Source of the DNA: Candidatus Latescibacterota bacterium
Lineage (GTDB): Bacteria; Latescibacterota; UBA2968; UBA8231
Direction: 5' to 3'
Assembly (NCBI GenBank): GCA_965215195.1
Contig: CBDCDC010000001.1
Location: forward strand, 224,001-288,000
DNA: 64,000 nt
In this document: piece after piece, positions 47,673 to 57,271 of the stretch
Numbering within the stretch: position 1 is the first letter of the stretch
Layout: each line of letters begins with the position of its first letter
Notes under the pieces: generated by a model
Seen by the model: only the letters and a program-made list of their open reading frames with translations
Databases searched by the model: none
What the model was told of the DNA's origin: nothing
Made by a program: the position numbers and the translations under genes

Positions 47673-50570
47673 ATGGATCGCCGCGATTTTGAACTGCTGC
47701 GCGACGAAGAAATTCCCGAGCTCAATACTCGAGCCCTGCTCTATCGGCACCGCACCGGCTGCGAGATTGTCTCGCTGATCAACGACGACGAGAACAAGGT
47801 CTTTGGGATCAACTTCCGCACTCCGCCGGCCGACTCAACCGGCATTGCCCACATCCTCGAACACTCGGTGCTGTGCGGCTCGCGCAAGTACCCGGTCAAG
47901 GAGCCGTTTGTCGAGCTGATCAAAGGCTCGCTCAACACCTTCCTCAACGCCTTCACCTATCCAGACAAAACCTGCTACCCGGTCGCCAGCACCAACGTGC
48001 AGGATTTCTACAACCTGATCGACGTGTATCTCGACGCGGTATTCTACCCCCGCCTCACGCTGGAAGTCCTGCAACAGGAAGGCTGGCACTACGAGCTAGA
48101 AAACGCCGGCGACCCCCTGCGCTACAAAGGCGTGGTCTTCAACGAAATGAAGGGCGCGTATTCAAACCCCGATCAGATCCTAGCCGAGCGCATCCAGCAA
48201 TCCATCTTCCCGGACACGACCTACGGCGTGGATTCCGGCGGCGATCCGCGCCACATCCCGGCCCTTACCTTTGACCAGTTCAAGCGCTTCCACGAGGATT
48301 TTTACCACCCGTCCAACGCCCGCGTCTTCTTCTACGGCGACGACGATCCCCAGCACCGCCTCGCCCTGTTGCACGACTATCTAAGCGCCTACGAGGCGCA
48401 TTCCGTCGACTCTACCATCGGCATCCAGCCGCGCTTTGCCGCGCCCAAGCAACGGCAATTTCCCTATGCGGTCGATCCCGACGCGGTCGAAGAGCCTAAG
48501 TGCTTTGTCGCGCTCACTTGGCTGTTGCACGACGCGATTGACGCCGACGAGCGCCGGGCCCTACAGGTGCTCGAACACGCGCTGCTCGGCACCCCGGGGT
48601 CCCCGCTGCGCAAGGCCCTGATCGACTCCGGGCTGGGCGAGGATCTGACCGGCAGCGGGCTAGAGGTCGAATTGGCGCAGATGTTCTTTAGCGTGGGTCT
48701 GAAGGGCGTGCAACAGGGCGATGCGGATGCGGTCGAGGCCCTAATTTTGCAGCACCTCAGCGACTTGGCGGCTGGCGGCATCGACCAAGGAATGGTCGCG
48801 GCCGCCCTGCACACGGCCGAGTTCCGCTTCCGCGAAAACAACACCGGGTCCTATCCGCGCGGCTTGGGCCTGATGCTGCGGCTATTGACCGACTGGCTCT
48901 ACGACCGCGACCCCTTCGCGCCTTTGCGCTTTGCCGACTCCTTCGCCGCGCTCAAGGCCAAGCTGGCGGCCGACGACCGCTATCTAGAGGGGCTGATCCA
49001 ACGCCACCTCTTAGACAACGCGCACCGCACGACCGTGGTCCTGCAGCCCGATGCCGAGTTGGGGACGCGGATAGAAGAGGAAGAGACCACGCGCCTAGCA
49101 GAGGCCCGGGCAAGCATGAGCCACGCGGATTTAGAGGAACTAGTCGCGGCAACGCAAAAGCTCAAGCGCCTGCAAGAGCAACCCGACGCACCCGCGGATC
49201 TGGCCAAATTGCCCCGCCTGCAATTGAGCGACCTCGACGCCGCGATCAAGACCGTGCCGCGGCAAGAAGACCAAATCGCCGGGGTGCCGGTGCTCCACCA
49301 CGACCTCTTTACCAATGGCATCGCCTATCTCGACGTGGGCTGCGATCTGCGGGTGTTGCCCCAAGAGCTCTTGCCGTACATCCCGCTCTTTGGGCGCGCC
49401 CTGCTGGAGATGGGCACCAAGCGCCTGAGCTTCGTGGAGCTGCAACAGCGGATCGGCAGCCAGACCGGCGGCCTGAATGCCCATTCGCTGGTGGGGGCGC
49501 GCCTCGGCGGCGGGCCGGCCGCAGCGCACCTCTTTTTGCGCGGCAAGGCCATGGCCGACCGGGTCGCCGACCTGACCGCGATTGTGCGCGACGTGCTGCT
49601 AGAGGGCCGCCTCGACGATCAGGAGCGCTTTTTGCAGATGGCCTTAGAAGAGCGAGCTAGCGCCGAGGCCGGGCTGGTGCCGGGCGGGCACCGCGTGGTA
49701 TTAACGCGGCTGCGCGCACAATTCGACGAGACCGGCTGGCTCGCCGAGCAGATGCGCGGCTTGAGCTATCTGTTCTTTTTGCGGCAGCTCATCGAAGACA
49801 TCCGCCGCGACTGGCCGGCCGTGCAGGCGCGGCTTGAGCAGATCCGCGCCCTGCTGGTCAACCGGCCGGGTATGCTGTGCAACGCAACTGTGGCCGGCCG
49901 CGACCGCGCTGCGTGCGACCAGAGCCTAGCGGCACTGTTGCGCGAGTTGCCGCAAGAGGCGCACTCGCCCGCGACTTGGACGCCGCACCTGACCGCAGCC
50001 GACGAGGGCCTAACCGTCCCGGCCCGAGTCAACTACGTGGGCAAGGCGGCCAATGTCTTTGCGCTCGGCTACGAATTGGACGGGTCGTCGGCCGTCATCA
50101 CTCGTTACTTGGCCACGACTTGGCTGTGGGATCGGGTGCGGGTGCAAGGGGGGGCCTACGGGGCCTTTTGCTCCCTCGACCCGTTTACCGGGTTGTTCGC
50201 GTACGCGTCGTACCGCGACCCCAACTTGCTGGAGACCCTGCAAGTGTACGACCAGAGCGGGGCTTTCTTGCGCGACCATCCGATTAGCAGCGATGAGCTG
50301 ACCAAGGCCATCATCGGCACCATTGGCGACCTCGACGCCTACCAGCTCCCCGACGCCAAGGGCTACGCTTCGCTGGTGCGCTTTCTGACCGGCATGGACG
50401 ACGACTATCGCCAGCAAATGCGCGACCAAGTCTTGGGCACCAAGGCCGAGCACTTTGCGGAGTTTGCCGCCGTGCTGGATCAAGTCGGCGCAGCGGGCCG
50501 GGTCGCGGTGCTGGGGTCGGCAGATGCGATTGAGAGCGCAAGTTGGCTGACGCCGGTCAAGGTGCTGTGA
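47673..50570 (+). CDS. M16C metallopeptidase (presequence protease/insulinase family)
   Basis: HILEHSVLCGS (HxxEH), FLNAFT, GVVFNEMKG, VRVQGGAYG, SYRDPN. Confidence 0.93.
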   Translation: MDRRDFELLRDEEIPELNTRALLYRHRTGCEIVSLINDDENKVFGINFRTPPADSTGIAHILEHSVLCGSRKYPVKEPFVELIKGSLNTFLNAFTYPDKTCYPVASTNVQDFYNLIDVYLDAVFYPRLTLEVLQQEGWHYELENAGDPLRYKGVVFNEMKGAYSNPDQILAERIQQSIFPDTTYGVDSGGDPRHIPALTFDQFKRFHEDFYHPSNARVFFYGDDDPQHRLALLHDYLSAYEAHSVDSTIGIQPRFAAPKQRQFPYAVDPDAVEEPKCFVALTWLLHDAIDADERRALQVLEHALLGTPGSPLRKALIDSGLGEDLTGSGLEVELAQMFFSVGLKGVQQGDADAVEALILQHLSDLAAGGIDQGMVAAALHTAEFRFRENNTGSYPRGLGLMLRLLTDWLYDRDPFAPLRFADSFAALKAKLAADDRYLEGLIQRHLLDNAHRTTVVLQPDAELGTRIEEEETTRLAEARASMSHADLEELVAATQKLKRLQEQPDAPADLAKLPRLQLSDLDAAIKTVPRQEDQIAGVPVLHHDLFTNGIAYLDVGCDLRVLPQELLPYIPLFGRALLEMGTKRLSFVELQQRIGSQTGGLNAHSLVGARLGGGPAAAHLFLRGKAMADRVADLTAIVRDVLLEGRLDDQERFLQMALEERASAEAGLVPGGHRVVLTRLRAQFDETGWLAEQMRGLSYLFFLRQLIEDIRRDWPAVQARLEQIRALLVNRPGMLCNATVAGRDRAACDQSLAALLRELPQEAHSPATWTPHLTAADEGLTVPARVNYVGKAANVFALGYELDGSSAVITRYLATTWLWDRVRVQGGAYGAFCSLDPFTGLFAYASYRDPNLLETLQVYDQSGAFLRDHPISSDELTKAIIGTIGDLDAYQLPDAKGYASLVRFLTGMDDDYRQQMRDQVLGTKAEHFAEFAAVLDQVGAAGRVAVLGSADAIESASWLTPVKVL

Positions 50571-50600
50571 ATTTCGACTAGCGGAAAAATTATTTGCGCG

Positions 50601-50628
50601 ACCGCCTAGGCGACTAGGCGGTTTTTTT
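50601..50628 (+). terminator. Rho-independent terminator
   Basis: ACCGCCTAG-GCGA-CTAGGCGGT-TTTTTT. Confidence 0.8.
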
Positions 50629-50782
50629 ATTTTTGCGGTTCACATAATCGCGCTTTGTCGGTCATATAGGACAAACGCGCTACCGGCCAACCCGCCCTCT
50701 TTTGCAAAGGAGGGGTCATGCAATCCTTAGCCATTCGCATCCTGTACGTCGCCCCAATCGACATCCTTACAGAGAGAAACTT

Positions 50783-51283
50783 TTGCGCCGACCAGCCGAC
50801 ATAAGCGCCGAGGCCGTAGAGCACTACGGACGCTTGGTGCTCAAGGTGGCCTATAAGATCGTCGCCAATGCCGACGAAGCGCAGGAGGTCTTCCAAGAAA
50901 CCTTCCTGCGCTTCCACGCCGCCTGTGTGCGCGGCGAGATCATCGCCCACCCCAAGGCATGGCTTTGCCGGGTGGCGACCAACGCGGCCTGCAAAATCCG
51001 GCGCTATCAACATCAAGCGCTGCTCTGCGAAGGGGAAGATACCGCAGTAGAAGCCGATGCCGACAAAGACGCCGAGCGCCGCTTGCTCATGGACCGAGTG
51101 CGCGACCTAGCCGCCGAATTGCCCGAGCGCCAGCGCATGGTCTTCGCCCTGCGCAACTTCGAGGGCTGGCCTTTTGCCGAGATCGCCACACGACTGGGGT
51201 GCAGCGAGGAGTCGGCCAGAGCCAGCGAGTACAAAGCCCTTAAAAAGATCCGCGCCCACTTGGGTGCTGGCTGCAAGGACTAA
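50783..51283 (+). CDS. ECF sigma-70 factor (start uncertain)
   Basis: AQEVFQETFL, KAWLCRVATN (region 2), LPERQRMVFALR...EIATRLG (region 4). Confidence 0.88.
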   Translation: MRRPADISAEAVEHYGRLVLKVAYKIVANADEAQEVFQETFLRFHAACVRGEIIAHPKAWLCRVATNAACKIRRYQHQALLCEGEDTAVEADADKDAERRLLMDRVRDLAAELPERQRMVFALRNFEGWPFAEIATRLGCSEESARASEYKALKKIRAHLGAGCKD

Positions 51284-51288
51284 GCGCC

Positions 51289-52947
51289 ATGAACAGAGCC
51301 GAATTTGAAAGCAAACTAAGCGACTACGTGCGCGGCGAACTGTCGGCCGCGGAAGCGCGGCAGATCGAGACCTACTTGGCCGAGCACCCGGAAGCGGCCG
51401 ACGACTTGGAGGCCGTGCGTTCCGTGCTGGAGCTGAGTGCTGACATCGGCACTGCCGAACCATCGGACGCGCTTTTTGCGGCGGCACGTACTAACGCGCT
51501 GGAGGCGATCCAAGCAGCGGATAAGCGTCAGCGCACGGGATTTTGGCACCGGCTGCCGCGGCCGGTGTACCTGTCGGGGCTAGCCGCCATGCTAGCCGGG
51601 GTAGTGTTTGGGGTGCTCTGGCACGAAGCATCAACTCCGGCGTGGGCAGAGGTAGTCGCCGAGGTACGCAAGCTTCATTCAGTGCATATAGTGGGCTGGT
51701 TTCGCGGGGAAAAGGGAGAGCGAGTGCCGGTGAAACAGTGGCTCAAGGCACCACACTTTTTCCGCGCCGAAGTGGATACTAGTGCGGCGCGGCGCGTACT
51801 CGTGGTGAGTGACGAAATACTTTTTTACGCAGACGGCGTCTGGTATGGGACAGACATCCCGGGAGCGGAATGGTGGTCCATAGATGAAGTCGCCGACCAA
51901 CTGGCCCTGCCCGAGCGCGAGCAACTTGAGCCTTGGAGTTATCAGATTGAACGCGAGGATCTGGGGCAGACGGTACTTTTTTCGATCTGGCGACGTTCTT
52001 CGCTGGGCATTAAAACCCCGTCGGATATCCGCTTTGAAATAGAAGTAGATGCCCAGACGCGGTTGCCTAGCCACGCTCGAGTTTATCTCGATTTGGGCCA
52101 AGAGGACTGGGAGTTAGTCAGCGAATTGAACTATCTGGACTACGATGCGCCGCTGGCAGACGAACTTTTCACTGTCGCCGTTGATACGCTCCAGCCGTTC
52201 CGCCCTTTGGAATACGAATCACATCCGTTCGACGATGTGCCGCTAGATCCATTTGTACCTTGGAACAGGATGTTTTACATGCCGCTAGACGGAATGGACA
52301 TTGCCGTCTATTCCGATTCGACTGACAGGAGCATGCCTGGCGAAAGCATGTCTTATAAGAGCGGAGGCTCAATCATTCGCTACGAATTCGTCCGCAAACC
52401 GCTGACCGAGATCGTCCAGAGCCTCGGGAACACGCACGTGGAGACCCCGGATTCAGTGTTGGCTGAACGGCGTTACTCCGTGCGGATTGTCCACAACCAA
52501 GACATAGGCCCCACTGAGCGCGTGAAGCGCCTCGGCCGCCGCTTTGGTTTTATTACCTCCATAGAAGAACGGCATGCTATTAGGACGCGCTGGGTTTTCA
52601 CCCAAGACGGCTCCGAGTTTCCGCTCAGTATGGAAGAGCCGCAAAGTGGAGGATATAGAATTAGTGGCGACAACGTCCAAGGCATGGGCTATCTCAGGGA
52701 CGCGATACGGAACATACTCACAAACGCCGCGCTCAACGACTACGACCAAGACCTCGACGAAATCGAGCTGCAATGGGACGGCGCGGCAGCAGACAATCCC
52801 TTTGAACGTCAGGTAGATATCGCCATCGATTTGTCCGACGGCTGGGACGCGGCTCTCGATTATTTGCGCGAGCACTTCGGGGTGACGATGGAGCGCATAT
52901 CCGAGCCGATCACCTACGAGGTGTTGGTGCTGAAAGGCGCAAAATAA
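51289..52947 (+). CDS. Putative membrane anti-sigma factor with large extracytoplasmic region
   Basis: N-terminal LSDYVRGELS..IETYLAEHP (zf-HC2-like, Cys-less), TM helix; directly after the ECF sigma. Confidence 0.7.
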   Translation: MNRAEFESKLSDYVRGELSAAEARQIETYLAEHPEAADDLEAVRSVLELSADIGTAEPSDALFAAARTNALEAIQAADKRQRTGFWHRLPRPVYLSGLAAMLAGVVFGVLWHEASTPAWAEVVAEVRKLHSVHIVGWFRGEKGERVPVKQWLKAPHFFRAEVDTSAARRVLVVSDEILFYADGVWYGTDIPGAEWWSIDEVADQLALPEREQLEPWSYQIEREDLGQTVLFSIWRRSSLGIKTPSDIRFEIEVDAQTRLPSHARVYLDLGQEDWELVSELNYLDYDAPLADELFTVAVDTLQPFRPLEYESHPFDDVPLDPFVPWNRMFYMPLDGMDIAVYSDSTDRSMPGESMSYKSGGSIIRYEFVRKPLTEIVQSLGNTHVETPDSVLAERRYSVRIVHNQDIGPTERVKRLGRRFGFITSIEERHAIRTRWVFTQDGSEFPLSMEEPQSGGYRISGDNVQGMGYLRDAIRNILTNAALNDYDQDLDEIELQWDGAAADNPFERQVDIAIDLSDGWDAALDYLREHFGVTMERISEPITYEVLVLKGAK

Positions 52948-52951
52948 GCGT

Positions 52952-54217
52952 TCACGTGCGCTCGTCTGTCAGGCGTTTGGCGTATTCGCCGCGCGGTATG
53001 CGGAAATACCCCTGAAAGCAAAGTACGCCCGCGGCCGAAATCACGGCGCTGCTCAAAAACAACGCCCGATACCCCAGCGCGTCGATCATCCAGCCGCCGC
53101 CGAGCGAAACGCCGGCAATGCTGATGCCGTAGGCCATGGTCAGGGCCGAACTCATGGTCACCCGCCAGCGCTCGGGGACCAATTCCTGCTGAAAGACTAT
53201 ATAGACCGAGCGGCGGATCGAGCTGAGGGCGATTAGGGCCATACCGGCGGCGCCGGCCACCGCCCAATGGGCGACTAAGGCGAGCGGTACGAGGCACAGC
53301 ACCATCGCCCCAGCCCCTCCGGTGATCACCGGCACCCGACCGAAACGCCGGCTGAGCGCAGGAGCGGCCAGCGCGGTACAGGCGGCTAGGAGCTGGCCCC
53401 CGGCCGTCAGGCTGCCAATCAGCGCCGTGGAGACCCCGAGGCCGTCGTCCATGTACACATTGAAGAAGATGCGGAGGCTGTTTTCCGCGGCCATCTGCAA
53501 GAAGGTGACCAAGCTCAAGGCGAGGATGATGGCCAGCGGGAAGGGCGTCGCTGGGCCGCGTTCCTTAGCAGGCGGCTTGTGCGGACGGGAGCGGGTTGCG
53601 GCAATAGCGCCGGTGCTAATGAATAACACGCCGGCCGCCAGCAGCAGCGGATAGCGGTAGGGGGCCGGGTGGTCTTCGGGCAGGGATAGAAGCGCGGAGA
53701 ACAGGCCGGGCAGCAGGCCACCGCACAGGCTGCCGGCAAAACCCGCCAGCGGCCACAGGGCCACTTGGGTCGAGAACACGTGGTTGCGCAGTCGCGGCGG
53801 GCAGATCAGGGTCAGAAAGGGAATTGAGCAGACGAGGAAGAGGGTATTGCCGAGGACGCCGAGGGCATACGCCCCCATGACCCAAGCTAGCTGCGCGGCC
53901 GGGGGCGCGAACTCGCCGAGGGGCAACAAGCCAAAACCCAGCGCGGCGACCGCCATGCCGGCGATCATGCTCCGGCGCGCCCCCCAGCGGTTGGCCAACA
54001 GGCCCGCGGGCATGCTCAAGAGGGCAAACGACAGCGCACCAACGGCATTGACTTGGCCGATCAATTGGGGGCCGTAGCCCAAGCGCAGGAGATAGAGATT
54101 GAGCAGGACGGTATAGACGCCGCCGAAGATCGTAAAGCCGATCAGGGCTTGGCTAAAGAGCACTAGGCGCACGTCGCGGTTGAAAAGCGCAAGCGCCTCG
54201 CGGTGAGTGGAGACCAA
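52952..54217 (-). CDS. MFS transporter
   Basis: About 12 hydrophobic segments; motif A GLLANRWGARR. Confidence 0.88.
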   Translation of the reverse strand: MVSTHREALALFNRDVRLVLFSQALIGFTIFGGVYTVLLNLYLLRLGYGPQLIGQVNAVGALSFALLSMPAGLLANRWGARRSMIAGMAVAALGFGLLPLGEFAPPAAQLAWVMGAYALGVLGNTLFLVCSIPFLTLICPPRLRNHVFSTQVALWPLAGFAGSLCGGLLPGLFSALLSLPEDHPAPYRYPLLLAAGVLFISTGAIAATRSRPHKPPAKERGPATPFPLAIILALSLVTFLQMAAENSLRIFFNVYMDDGLGVSTALIGSLTAGGQLLAACTALAAPALSRRFGRVPVITGGAGAMVLCLVPLALVAHWAVAGAAGMALIALSSIRRSVYIVFQQELVPERWRVTMSSALTMAYGISIAGVSLGGGWMIDALGYRALFLSSAVISAAGVLCFQGYFRIPRGEYAKRLTDERT

Positions 54218-54307
54218 TTTCTTTTTTGCTGGAACCGGGGATGGCAGTTATGTATTGGGAAGGTAAATCAACGGCTCGCGGCAAAAAAGGCATGTAGCGG
54301 AGGCGGC

Positions 54308-55225
54308 ATGGCGCGCAGCAGCGTATTCTGGTGCTTTTTGGTCTGGACAGCAGATGTCCTAGCCCAAGAGATAGTCGAGGTGCAAACGCCGGCTGGTACC
54401 ATGCACGAATTGGTCCGCGTCTCCGCCGGTTATTTTGCAATGGGATCGACCGCGGGGCGGGCGGACGAGCAGCCGGTCCACCAAGTCTATCTCGACGCCT
54501 TCTACATCGACCGTTTTGAAGTGAACAACGACCAGTACGCGGCCTTTTTGAACGACAGCGGGCGCAACGCAGATGGGGAAGGGCATCTGCTGCTCGACGT
54601 GCGCGACCTCGACGCACAGATCCGCTACGGCGACGCGGGTTACGCGCCGATTCCCGGCAGCGGGCAGCGGCCAGTCGCCGAAGTCTCGTGGTACGGTGCC
54701 CGTGCCTATTGCACCTCGGCCGGCATGCAGTTGCCGACCGAGGCCATGTGGGAAAAGGCCGCCCGCGGCATTGACGGCCGCGTCTATCCCTGGGGCAATT
54801 CCATCGACCGCAGCCGGGCCAACTACGGCCGCGAGGGCTGCTGCCGCGGCGACGACAGCGACGGCTTTTTCGACTCGGCCCCGGTAGGCTCCTATCAGGG
54901 CGGGATTTCTCCCTATGGGGCCTACGATATGGGGGGCAATGTCTGGGAATGGGTGGCGGATTGGTACGGGGAGGATTACTACGGGCAGAGCCCCGAGCGC
55001 GATCCGCAGGGACCGGACGCCGGGATCAGCCGGGTGCTGCGGGGCGGGTCGCTGAGCAGCGACCCGTATCGCCTGCGCACCACCGACCGCAGTGGGCTGC
55101 CGCCTTCGGCAACCTACATCATCGTCGGATTTCGCTGCGCTGTGCGCGAACTCCCCGCCACGGCCGTGCAGTCCGCAAGTTGGGGACAAATCAAGCGCAT
55201 GACAGAAGAGGGCGATGCGCCATGA
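54308..55225 (+). CDS. Secreted FGE-sulfatase (SUMF1/EgtB/PvdO) domain protein with C-terminal TAV..SWGQIK tag
   Basis: Signal peptide, FAMGS, LPTEAMWEKAARG, DMGGNVWEW, RVLRGGS, GFRC. Confidence 0.88.
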   Translation: MARSSVFWCFLVWTADVLAQEIVEVQTPAGTMHELVRVSAGYFAMGSTAGRADEQPVHQVYLDAFYIDRFEVNNDQYAAFLNDSGRNADGEGHLLLDVRDLDAQIRYGDAGYAPIPGSGQRPVAEVSWYGARAYCTSAGMQLPTEAMWEKAARGIDGRVYPWGNSIDRSRANYGREGCCRGDDSDGFFDSAPVGSYQGGISPYGAYDMGGNVWEWVADWYGEDYYGQSPERDPQGPDAGISRVLRGGSLSSDPYRLRTTDRSGLPPSATYIIVGFRCAVRELPATAVQSASWGQIKRMTEEGDAP

Positions 55226-55238
55226 CCCGCACAAATGC

Positions 55239-55276
55239 AAACAGCCCCTCAGCTTGTGCGAGCTAAGGGGCTGTTT
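55239..55276. terminator. Hairpin, probably a bidirectional terminator originally serving tRNA-Phe and the FGE gene
   Basis: AAACAGCCCCTCAGCT-TGTGCG-AGCTAAGGGGCTGTTT. Confidence 0.65.
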
Positions 55277-55289
55277 ATTGTTTATAATA

Positions 55290-56174
55290 ACCAATGGTGC
55301 TAGTGAGTTGACCGTGGTCGAGGTAGTTCCTACGCTGAGGGTGTCCCCCCTTCCAGCGAAGGAGCGTCCCATGACCACGGCCGAGTTTATAATAGCCCTC
55401 TTCTATCGGATCGACAACCAGATGGGCGATGTGCCCAAACACCCCCAAGCCGCCTTATATCCCAGCGAAACGGTGACCCTGGCGGTTCTATATGCGCTCA
55501 AAGGGGACGGCAAACGGGCGTTTTATCGCTGGGTAGTGCGCGATTGGCGCGCCTTTTTCCCGCGCCTGCCCGAACGCACCCGCTTGTTCCGCCTGTTTGT
55601 CGCCCATGCGGACTGGACCGATCGCTTTCGAGCGGACCCCACCCCCTTAGGCGTGATCGATAGCTATGGCATCGAGTTGATCCATCCAGTACGCGAAGGC
55701 CGCTCCGCTCACCCTATCGGCCAGAAAGGGTTGTCCAATCACCGCTGGATCGTCGGCGGCAAGCTGGGCTTGATCGTCAACCAGTGGGGCTTGATCGTCG
55801 ATTGGGATTGTAACACGGCCAATGTCCACGATTCGGTCTTTCACCCGATGATTGGTCGCTACGAAGAGCAGATGATCCTCCTCAGCGACCAAGGCTTTCA
55901 TGCCAAAGAAGGTGATCCGGCTAATCTGAAAGTGTGTCCCCGCAAAACCTGGGGCGACCGGATGGTCATCGAGACCGTCTTTTCGATGCTGACCCGCATC
56001 GGCCGGTTCAAGCGACAGACCCATCGAGCTTGGGCCTACTTTAGAGCGCATCTGAGCGCGGCCATGGCCGCCTTTAACCTGCTGGCACAGTGGCATGGAT
56101 TGCAACCGGATGAAAATGGATTCGTCCCGTTGTCCATCGCGGAATTTAGCTTGTAGCCCACTAGCACCATTGGT
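55290..56174 (+). mobile_element. IS982-family-like insertion sequence, complete
   Basis: TIRs ACCAATGGTGCTAGTGAGTT and AGCCCACTAGCACCATTGGT; 5-bp target duplication TAATA at 55285-55289 and 56175-56179. Confidence 0.88.
55371..56156 (+). CDS. DDE transposase (IS982-like)
   Basis: IDSY, GGKL, ANVHD, SDQGF, RMVIETVFSML. Confidence 0.85.
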   Translation: MTTAEFIIALFYRIDNQMGDVPKHPQAALYPSETVTLAVLYALKGDGKRAFYRWVVRDWRAFFPRLPERTRLFRLFVAHADWTDRFRADPTPLGVIDSYGIELIHPVREGRSAHPIGQKGLSNHRWIVGGKLGLIVNQWGLIVDWDCNTANVHDSVFHPMIGRYEEQMILLSDQGFHAKEGDPANLKVCPRKTWGDRMVIETVFSMLTRIGRFKRQTHRAWAYFRAHLSAAMAAFNLLAQWHGLQPDENGFVPLSIAEFSL

Positions 56175-56180
56175 TAATAG

Positions 56181-56256
56181 TGGTGGCTCCTCGCGGAATC
56201 GAACCGCGGACACAGAGATTTTCAGTCTCCTGCTCTACCAACTGAGCTAAAGAGCC
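56181..56256 (-). tRNA. tRNA-Phe(GAA)
   Basis: GGCTCTTTAGCTCAGTTGGTAGAGCAGGAGACTGAAAATCTCTGTGTCCGCGGTTCGATTCCGCGAGGAGCCACCA. Confidence 0.97.
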
Positions 56257-56307
56257 ACCAGAAAAACAAAATTAAAGCCCCCTCATTCGCCTTGTCAAGG
56301 AGGCACC

Positions 56308-56829
56308 ATGCCCGTCTCGATCATCCCGTTCAACATGCCCGAACCCGCTGCAATTCCTCCGCACATCGTCACATCGCTCGAGGCCATGTCTCCAGACGAG
56401 GCCGTGGCCCAAGGCATGGATTTGCTGCTGGGCATTGAGGCGGCAGACACCATCGTATATGAGCGCGTCGGCCAAGGGGTGGTCCACACGGCCGGCGCAG
56501 GAGCCGAGGTTCTGCAGCGGGTGCTGGAACAGGACGGCGTGCGCTCCTTCGCCGGTCAGGAAGGGGTCGGGAACTCTGCGTTGTTGCTGGTGGGGCAAGT
56601 TAGCGCCCACGAAGAAAACCCCCTGCCAGCAGGGGTGGTGCGCTTCCTGTTGGAGGGGGCTGAAGGCGGGTCTATCGGCTTTAGCTACGTGTTGCCTCTC
56701 AAGACCAACGACGGCCAGCTATGGGGCGCGTTGACCCTGATTCGCCGAGCGGCGAGCGGGCCGCTCAACCACGAGCAGCCCAACCTGTGCGAGGGCATGC
56801 GGCGCGTGTTGAGCCGGATGAGCGATTAG
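56308..56829 (+). CDS. Hypothetical protein, possibly GAF-like
   Basis: AGGAGG RBS; YVLPLKTNDGQLWGALTL resembles the GAF C-terminal strands. Confidence 0.6.
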   Translation: MPVSIIPFNMPEPAAIPPHIVTSLEAMSPDEAVAQGMDLLLGIEAADTIVYERVGQGVVHTAGAGAEVLQRVLEQDGVRSFAGQEGVGNSALLLVGQVSAHEENPLPAGVVRFLLEGAEGGSIGFSYVLPLKTNDGQLWGALTLIRRAASGPLNHEQPNLCEGMRRVLSRMSD

Positions 56830-57095
56830 ACCGCGACCGGCTCGACGACTCCGTTTGCGAGCATCCAAGCCTCGACCTCGCCGCCATCGACATCGGCCAG
56901 CATCTGGCCGTTGATCTCGACGCAGGGCGAGAGGGGCTGGCCGCTTTTCTGCACCATCTCGGCGTAGATTTCTGGACGGTTGATAATGTCCTTGTCCTCG
57001 TATTCGAGGCCGTACTTGGCGAAGGTTTCGCGCACGCTATTGCTCCAGCCGCAAACCGGCTTCAGATAGGCGACGATGTGGGGGGATTCCGCCAT
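56826..57095 (-). CDS. Monothiol glutaredoxin-like protein
   Basis: YLKPVCGWS, SGQPLSPCVEING. Confidence 0.85.
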   Translation of the reverse strand: MAESPHIVAYLKPVCGWSNSVRETFAKYGLEYEDKDIINRPEIYAEMVQKSGQPLSPCVEINGQMLADVDGGEVEAWMLANGVVEPVAV

Positions 57096-57271
57096 GATTG
57101 GGACTCCTTTCTGGCGTGATAGAGGCGATTTTGCACTCGGTGGAATATAGAGCCGCGCCCCTCCCTGTCAAGCACTGCACTATGTAATTGACGAACCGAA
57201 TACCCGGCATTACATTTGAGCCATCCCCTCACCTTTTGTGTTTGCTCCCCTTCTTAACTTTAGGATTGGCA

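Noticed and set aside
54900-55150. FGE/C-lectin domain as a diversity-generating retroelement target
   Set aside because: No template repeat differing at adenines and no reverse transcriptase is visible in the window.
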